DNA of 64,000 nucleotides, from the IMG/VR virus record IMGVR_UViG_3300014208_000003, positions 94,263-158,262 of that record; one strand, 5' to 3'. A program made the position numbers and the translations under genes. The notes beneath the pieces are model-generated. The model did not search any database and was not told the origin of the DNA. It was given only the letters and a program-made list of their open reading frames with translations. Numbering within the stretch: position 1 is the stretch's first letter; each line of letters opens with the position of its first letter. This document shows positions 58,268 through 64,000 of the stretch, one piece after another. The DNA is from a virus.

Positions 58268-58960
58268 ATGAACTTATTCGAAAATGCCCGAAGAATACTA
58301 GGGGAAAGCGTTGAAGAAGAAAAGATTGTAGAAGCAGTTTCTAAAGATGAAAAAACAAAGAAACTAGAATTTCTAAAATCAAGATTAGCAAGTGAATCTG
58401 GTGATGATGCCAAGGAAACTCAGAAAGAAATTGATGAACTTTCTAAGGATTCTATCAGTGAAGGTGTTGATGAAATAAAAGAATTAAAAACATTTATTGA
58501 TAACGAAGAATCTCTAAATTCCCAAAAAGAGACTATGTACAAGAATCTTTCAAACAAAAAATTAAAAGGTGTTTATGATAAAGAACTTGCTTCTAAACTT
58601 TTAATGTATTTGGTTGATTCCGGTTCTAAACTATATGCTAAAAAATTCAGTTCTAAAGACGCATTAGGATCAGAAATATTTTCAAAAGAAGATCGTAAAA
58701 ATGTCGCGAAACAAATGGTAGATGATTTTGAAGATGCCTTTGAAAATAAAGAATACGAATTCATGAAGAGTAAAGATGAGAAAAAGGTTGTTAAAGAAGG
58801 TGCGGAAGAAAAAACCGATGAAAAAATTCTTTCTGATTTGGATAATGCTTTAAATTACATGCTCGATAAAGACGTTAAGACAGCATTTAAATTACCACCA
58901 GAATTAAAAAAGAAGATCGAAGAATTATTTGGTAAGATTGATAGTAAGAAAGTTGATTAA
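58268..58960 (+). CDS. Putative capsid-internal protein
   Basis: LGES, IVEA, ISEG, VKEG sites. Confidence 0.55.
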   Translation: MNLFENARRILGESVEEEKIVEAVSKDEKTKKLEFLKSRLASESGDDAKETQKEIDELSKDSISEGVDEIKELKTFIDNEESLNSQKETMYKNLSNKKLKGVYDKELASKLLMYLVDSGSKLYAKKFSSKDALGSEIFSKEDRKNVAKQMVDDFEDAFENKEYEFMKSKDEKKVVKEGAEEKTDEKILSDLDNALNYMLDKDVKTAFKLPPELKKKIEELFGKIDSKKVD

Positions 58961-58990
58961 GAAGAAATTAAATAAAAGGAAATATAAACA

Positions 58991-60052
58991 ATGGCAAAGT
59001 TAAATTTAAAAAAAGTATTGGAAGATCTGGTTGAAGTAAAATGGTTGGAAGATGCTGAAGAAAAAGATAAGGCATTCGATCTTCTAAAGGCTATTTCACA
59101 AGATGATTCCGAAGAGGCTATAGAATTCATTACTAAACTTTATGATTCAATATCAGAAATAGTTAAGGGTGAAGATGCTGTAGAAACTGTTCCGGAAACA
59201 CCTCCTGAAGTAACTCCTGAAGAAACTACCGAAAAAGCTCCGGAAGAAAAAGAAGAAAAAGAACCGAAAGAAGAATTAGACGAAGCTACCGTGGCATTAA
59301 AGGACGATACTGTAGGTAAAACTTCTTCTAAAGCATCTGTTGGACAAAAGGTAACTATAAAATTACAAGATGAAAACGGAAATATTATAGAAAAAACAGG
59401 TATTGTAAAAGAAGTATTAGACGAAGCTACTAAAAAATCTGATCTCGAACAAGTAAAAGAAGTTATTGCTATAGATGAAAAATGCACACCTAAAAAGAAA
59501 ATGTGGAAAGTTGTTAAAGAAGGTGTTGTAGTAGATATGGAACAATTTGAAGAAAGCATGGATAAAGAAGCTGTTAAAAAGAAACTTTCGGAATGTGGTT
59601 CGGAATATGATGATGTAGAAGAAGAGATGGAAGAAGCAGAATCGAAAGAAGAACCAAAAGAAGCCGAAGAAGAACTAGATGAAGCCAAGAAGCCCATATC
59701 TTTATTTATAGGACATTTTGGTAATGGTTTGTCGATATCAGATCGGAACAGAGAAGAACACGGAGATTATAAGAAAATTGCACATATAGATCCAGACAGG
59801 AAGATCACTTGGTATGATGAAAAACTTCCGGATGATATAAAAAAGAAGATTGAAGATATAGCAAAGAACGATGATGGAACTATTTCAGCAACACAAGATC
59901 AAAAAATATTCCGAACAAGACCAGAGAAAGAAGTTGTAAAGGAATCTCTTACCGAATCAGTTTCTGAAAAAGCTGCTAGAATATTAGATGGAGATTATGA
60001 GAGTAAGATGTTAAGTTCAAATACAATGACTCACGCTGCAAATTTATTATAA
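58991..60052 (+). CDS. Putative capsid-internal or scaffold-like acidic protein
   Basis: LDEA x3, VKEG, VKES, LTES. Confidence 0.55.
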   Translation: MAKLNLKKVLEDLVEVKWLEDAEEKDKAFDLLKAISQDDSEEAIEFITKLYDSISEIVKGEDAVETVPETPPEVTPEETTEKAPEEKEEKEPKEELDEATVALKDDTVGKTSSKASVGQKVTIKLQDENGNIIEKTGIVKEVLDEATKKSDLEQVKEVIAIDEKCTPKKKMWKVVKEGVVVDMEQFEESMDKEAVKKKLSECGSEYDDVEEEMEEAESKEEPKEAEEELDEAKKPISLFIGHFGNGLSISDRNREEHGDYKKIAHIDPDRKITWYDEKLPDDIKKKIEDIAKNDDGTISATQDQKIFRTRPEKEVVKESLTESVSEKAARILDGDYESKMLSSNTMTHAANLL

Positions 60053-60074
60053 AACAATCATCAATTGTTATTTC

Positions 60075-60116
60075 AAAAAAGCCTCTTAGGGAATTCTCTG
60101 AGAGGTTTTTCTTTTT
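60075..60116 (+). terminator. Intrinsic terminator
   Basis: GCCTCTTAGGGAATTCTCTGAGAGGT followed by T runs. Confidence 0.65.
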
Positions 60117-60140
60117 CTAAATATGATTAAAGGAACATAA

Positions 60141-60833
60141 ATGGCAGATATAGATATAAACCCAAATTTTTCATCGAGTCCTTTCGAAAATTCTTACTTC
60201 CATCATCAATCGGAATTTTCTCCGGAGAAGCTTTTGTATGATTCTCTGTTAGCGGAATCTATTGCAAAATTTGGAGTTCCTTCTGTTTTTTACATCACAC
60301 AATATACAAACAGTGATTACAATGATATTTTTGGGGAGGATATAAATCAGCAGGTTCTTCGTTCGTTTAATATTATGATGAACTTAGAGCTACCTTTAGA
60401 AGAAGAAATTTTTGAAAAATACGGAATTGCTGGTTTAGACGTTCCTACTGCTTATTGTTCTATCAAGGCATTCACGTTAGCAAGTTCATATATATCTTCC
60501 GGATCAGAATATGTATCTGCTTTTGCGCCATATGTTCCGAAAGCTGGTGATTTTGTCAAGACGGTATATTCTCCAGTAATGTATAGAATAGTATCTGTTA
60601 AAACCAAATCCGATCAATTTTTACAGACACCTCATTCTTATAAATTTATTCTGAAGGTTGCACAAGACGAACATCTAACCGTTGATCCTTCATTGTCTGG
60701 AGATGATATAGCGAAGTTGATGGATATAGAAGACATTTTTAATATATCAGGTGCAATAGATAGAGAGAAGGGAACAGTATTATACGATGATTCCCAAGAA
60801 ACTCCGCCAGATAATCCGTTCAATAATTGGTAA
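60141..60833 (+). CDS. Neck protein (T4 gp14-like)
   Basis: E..LYDSLLAESI..FG, DIFGED, FEKYG, PKAGD, NPF C-terminus. Confidence 0.72.
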   Translation: MADIDINPNFSSSPFENSYFHHQSEFSPEKLLYDSLLAESIAKFGVPSVFYITQYTNSDYNDIFGEDINQQVLRSFNIMMNLELPLEEEIFEKYGIAGLDVPTAYCSIKAFTLASSYISSGSEYVSAFAPYVPKAGDFVKTVYSPVMYRIVSVKTKSDQFLQTPHSYKFILKVAQDEHLTVDPSLSGDDIAKLMDIEDIFNISGAIDREKGTVLYDDSQETPPDNPFNNW

Positions 60834-60857
60834 AAAAATATAAAAGGAGAACTGTTT

Positions 60858-61334
60858 ATGAAGTCAATTACAATGAAGAACAAAGAGATCCTAACACTAA
60901 CAAAACAACTAACTGAAATTAAGGATAAAAATCTAGGTAAATCCATTAAATTTCAATACGCTGTTCTAACCAATCTGAGGAAAGTCTTTACATTAAAGTC
61001 CGAACTAATAGAAGAATCAAAAGTAAGTAGATTAAAACAATTTGAATCTGATAAACAAGAACTTACTATAAAATATGCTTTGAAAGATGATTCCGGAAAA
61101 GCAATAGTCAGTCAAAATGAAAACGGTCAATTCGTAACTATTCCGGAAGATAACAAACCATTATTAAATAAAGAGATGATAGAACTTTTTGAAAAATATT
61201 CCGGAACGTTAAACGAAGTGGAATTATTTCTAAATACTAATGATGAGTTTGAAGTACATGATATTGATGTTGGCGATTGTGAAGGAATAGATATCAAAAC
61301 AATGGATGCTATATATCCGTTACTAAAAGAATAA
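60858..61334 (+). CDS. Hypothetical protein in the late operon
   Basis: AAGGAG RBS. Confidence 0.6.
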   Translation: MKSITMKNKEILTLTKQLTEIKDKNLGKSIKFQYAVLTNLRKVFTLKSELIEESKVSRLKQFESDKQELTIKYALKDDSGKAIVSQNENGQFVTIPEDNKPLLNKEMIELFEKYSGTLNEVELFLNTNDEFEVHDIDVGDCEGIDIKTMDAIYPLLKE

Positions 61335-61343
61335 GAGGGAAAT

Positions 61344-62201
61344 GTGACACGAATAGAAACTGGTAAAGCAATAAAAGATATAGTTAATTATAGAATTGAT
61401 GATATCGGTATTAGTGGTCTTCCTGTTAAACTTGATCTTTATAACGAGACAGCTAATACATGGTTTACTGGTTCTGTTTGGCAAGCATCAAAACCAACCA
61501 GTCTAACTATGACAGATGATGGTGCTAAATTCAATGGTAGATATTATTACGCATGGACACCGAATTTAGACGGCTATTATGTCGCGTTTTCATATTGTGT
61601 ATCCGGTGGTTTTGAATTTGAACACGAGAACGATTATGAAGCAGTTACTTTTGTTAATAATGTTCAAGCAATTTCGGGAACAATAACTACCGTAAACACT
61701 AATGTAAATACTGCCAATACAAATATTCTCGCACTTTCCGGAACATTAAAAACAGTAGATTCAAACGTAAATACTATATCAGGAAATATTAATACTGCTA
61801 ATGCAAATATATTAACAATCTCTGGTAATCTTAATACTGCCAATACAAATATTCTCGCACTTTCCGGAACATTAAAAACAGTAGATTCCAGAACAACTAG
61901 TATGCAAACGGTTCTGAATACTGTTGATTCAAATGTGGTTACTATATGCGCCGATATTGAAGATGATGTTTTCCTACAATTAGATACTATAGAAGATTTA
62001 GTGCGCTCTTTTGCAAATATAGGTTCAATTTCTGCTGATATACTTTCGGGAGGAATTTATGAACAAAATGTAATAATCAAAGACATAGATATAAACGGAA
62101 CAGATGTATATGTTGTTTATCAAAATGTTGACGGAAAATTAAAGGTAGTTCAAACTCCATTTAATCAAGGTGTTATTATAGCATCGGGAGTAGGACTATG
62201 A
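61344..62201 (+). CDS. Structural fibre/coiled-coil protein with N/T-rich 14-aa-period repeats
   Basis: Repeats NTANTNILALSGTL. Confidence 0.55.
   Translation: MTRIETGKAIKDIVNYRIDDIGISGLPVKLDLYNETANTWFTGSVWQASKPTSLTMTDDGAKFNGRYYYAWTPNLDGYYVAFSYCVSGGFEFEHENDYEAVTFVNNVQAISGTITTVNTNVNTANTNILALSGTLKTVDSNVNTISGNINTANANILTISGNLNTANTNILALSGTLKTVDSRTTSMQTVLNTVDSNVVTICADIEDDVFLQLDTIEDLVRSFANIGSISADILSGGIYEQNVIIKDIDINGTDVYVVYQNVDGKLKVVQTPFNQGVIIASGVGL
61707..61888 (+). repeat. 56-bp perfect direct repeat (61707-61762 = 61833-61888)
   Basis: Identical sequence offset by 126 bp (42 codons). Confidence 0.85.
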
Positions 62202-63484
62202 ACGAAAACACAATAAATAAAATACAGACATTTTTTAAACATTTTGAGGGTGTTGACAGTAACGGTGCTAGAATTATTTATTTCGATGCAACTGCTGTAA
62301 ATCAAGATAGCTATTTCATGGGTAATCTTGGTATTAGAAAAACAGATCCGGTATATAATTTTGATGTGTCTGGCTCTTCTAATTCGGATTCTCTGTATAT
62401 TAGTGGTGTACGTAAAGATTTAAATTGGAATACAGCATATACATTAACACAATCTTTATCAGCTACCAGTTTATCGGGAGTTAGTACAAATACAACATTA
62501 TTAGGAGTTGGTACTGTAGCAAATCCATTATATGTAAATCCTAATCTCAATCTTACTTCGTTAAGTGCTACAAATATTTCCGGAACTAACATAATATCTA
62601 GTAATTTTGGTTTATCTGTATCTGGTGACGTTTATATAAAAACAAATAATCTAAACAGACTGGTCGCAAAAGGTAATGGTTATATCGGAATAGGTACAAC
62701 GACACCAGCAGAACAGGTTGATGTGGTAAGTACTGCCGGAACCAATATCAGAATTGGTAACACAGCATTAGGAGATTATGGGCGAGTTTTGCTGCATGGC
62801 AATCGCACCGGAGCAGATCAGACAATTGGCGCGATTTTAACATATCAGAATTCTTCAGGCAGTCCCGTTTTAGGAGGAGAAATTCGATTTGCACACAGAG
62901 GAACATCAACAGACAGTAAGACCGGATTGATTATTCAGTTAAACGACGGAACAAATGTTAATTATGTCGGCTACATAGACGAAACGGGTAAGTGGGGACT
63001 CGGTACTTCTTCTCCTGGACAAAAGCTCTCGGTTGTTGGAGATGGATCTTTCACGACCGGACTAAATGGTAGACTGTATCTAATTTCTAACGACGGTACA
63101 AACGACACTGTACACACGGGCATAAGAGCACAAACAGATGTAACAGCAAGATATGCCGAAATAGTTGCTAAAAGAGGAGCATCTAGCAACGTATTAGGCT
63201 GGGAACTTAAAACATATAATTCTGCTTATATTGATGCCATGACAATTCTTGGTAATGGCAATGCTGGTTTTGGTACTACAGCACCGGCAGAAAAACTTGA
63301 AGTAGCAGGCAACATCAAGGGTAACGCTCTACAAATCAACGCCGACTCTGGCACGGCTGACACGGATGATGCTTTGTATTTTGGCGGTCGTACAACGGAC
63401 GGAAGCGGACGCATAAGGTATGATGCAGCAACGCAAACGTTTTATCTTGAGAAACGCGCCTCTGGAAGTTGGGTAGCTGCATGA
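62198..63484 (+). CDS. Tail fibre-like protein
   Basis: Repeated G.(I/L/F)G(I/T)..P...L.V.G beta motifs; G/S/T-rich. Confidence 0.7.
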   Translation: MNENTINKIQTFFKHFEGVDSNGARIIYFDATAVNQDSYFMGNLGIRKTDPVYNFDVSGSSNSDSLYISGVRKDLNWNTAYTLTQSLSATSLSGVSTNTTLLGVGTVANPLYVNPNLNLTSLSATNISGTNIISSNFGLSVSGDVYIKTNNLNRLVAKGNGYIGIGTTTPAEQVDVVSTAGTNIRIGNTALGDYGRVLLHGNRTGADQTIGAILTYQNSSGSPVLGGEIRFAHRGTSTDSKTGLIIQLNDGTNVNYVGYIDETGKWGLGTSSPGQKLSVVGDGSFTTGLNGRLYLISNDGTNDTVHTGIRAQTDVTARYAEIVAKRGASSNVLGWELKTYNSAYIDAMTILGNGNAGFGTTAPAEKLEVAGNIKGNALQINADSGTADTDDALYFGGRTTDGSGRIRYDAATQTFYLEKRASGSWVAA

Positions 63485-63921
63485 GTGGATTAGTCGTTGG
63501 AATATCCGACAGAGGGGACGATCTGTACGATACCACGAAAGCATACGCTACGGGCGGTCTAATAATCGGTACAATTACACGCGCTACTGATAAGTATGAG
63601 TTACAATTAAGTAAATCGTGGACGGCATCCAATACATGGCAAGACATATTGACACCACTGACCGGAGAGACAGGCGACATTCGATTGATATTTACAGACA
63701 CGGCAGATTCCAATAAGAAACATTTTCAGGTTTTTAAGTATAACAAAACCTCATCAACGGTCATAGCATTTACAACAAGCGGAACCGTTGGCGTTGTTGA
63801 CTTTGGAGAGTCTACTATAAAGCTACAGGTGCAAAACAGTTCTGGCACCATACAGGTACTACACACAGCCGGAGCAAACCGCACGTGCTCCGTGAAGATA
63901 GGGTTTATCCGCCATGCTTAA
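63481..63921 (+). CDS. Fibre-associated structural protein
   Basis: ATGA overlap with the upstream stop; T/S/G-rich. Confidence 0.5.
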   Translation: MSGLVVGISDRGDDLYDTTKAYATGGLIIGTITRATDKYELQLSKSWTASNTWQDILTPLTGETGDIRLIFTDTADSNKKHFQVFKYNKTSSTVIAFTTSGTVGVVDFGESTIKLQVQNSSGTIQVLHTAGANRTCSVKIGFIRHA

Positions 63922-64000
63922 ACTACACCATTTACAGTTTAATACACTGACACGCTCTGGAGATTATCACTATACCGGCTCGCAAGATGCATCTGCAAGC

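Noticed and set aside
1-64000. Stop-codon reassignment
   Set aside because: Core genes are full length under the standard code, and no suppressor tRNA was seen.

Overview
AT-rich window from a large T4-like tailed phage; the host cannot be determined from this window. Positions ~170-54200 are mostly minus-strand replication, recombination, nucleotide-metabolism and accessory genes: clamp loader, clamp, ThyX, dCMP deaminase, intein-containing class II RNR, gp4-like nuclease, RNase H, RuvC, primase, SSB, helicase, UvsX, family B polymerase, gp46/47 and the gp55 late sigma. From 54346 the plus strand carries late genes (UvsW, putative capsid-internal proteins, gp14-like neck, fibre genes). The main observations are: (1) a conserved ~85-91 bp covarying three-way-junction element, bracketed by inverted CTAAATA late-promoter boxes, upstream of three unrelated genes (a homing endonuclease, TnpB and an orphan 394-aa ORF); (2) an 11-member protein family with divergent N-termini and a constant C-terminal 'VPE..DPFFEIDL.RF' tag, in a genome that also encodes two ClpP-like proteases; (3) about 100 copies of the palindrome TCCGGA where ~4-5 are expected, with none seen in the mobile genes; (4) a Ro60/TROVE gene preceded by four tandem Y RNA-like genes and followed by tRNAs and CoaD/CoaE; (5) a DNA polymerase split inside its exonuclease domain by a MobE-like HNH gene. 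Counts and alignments were done by eye, and no database searches were run.
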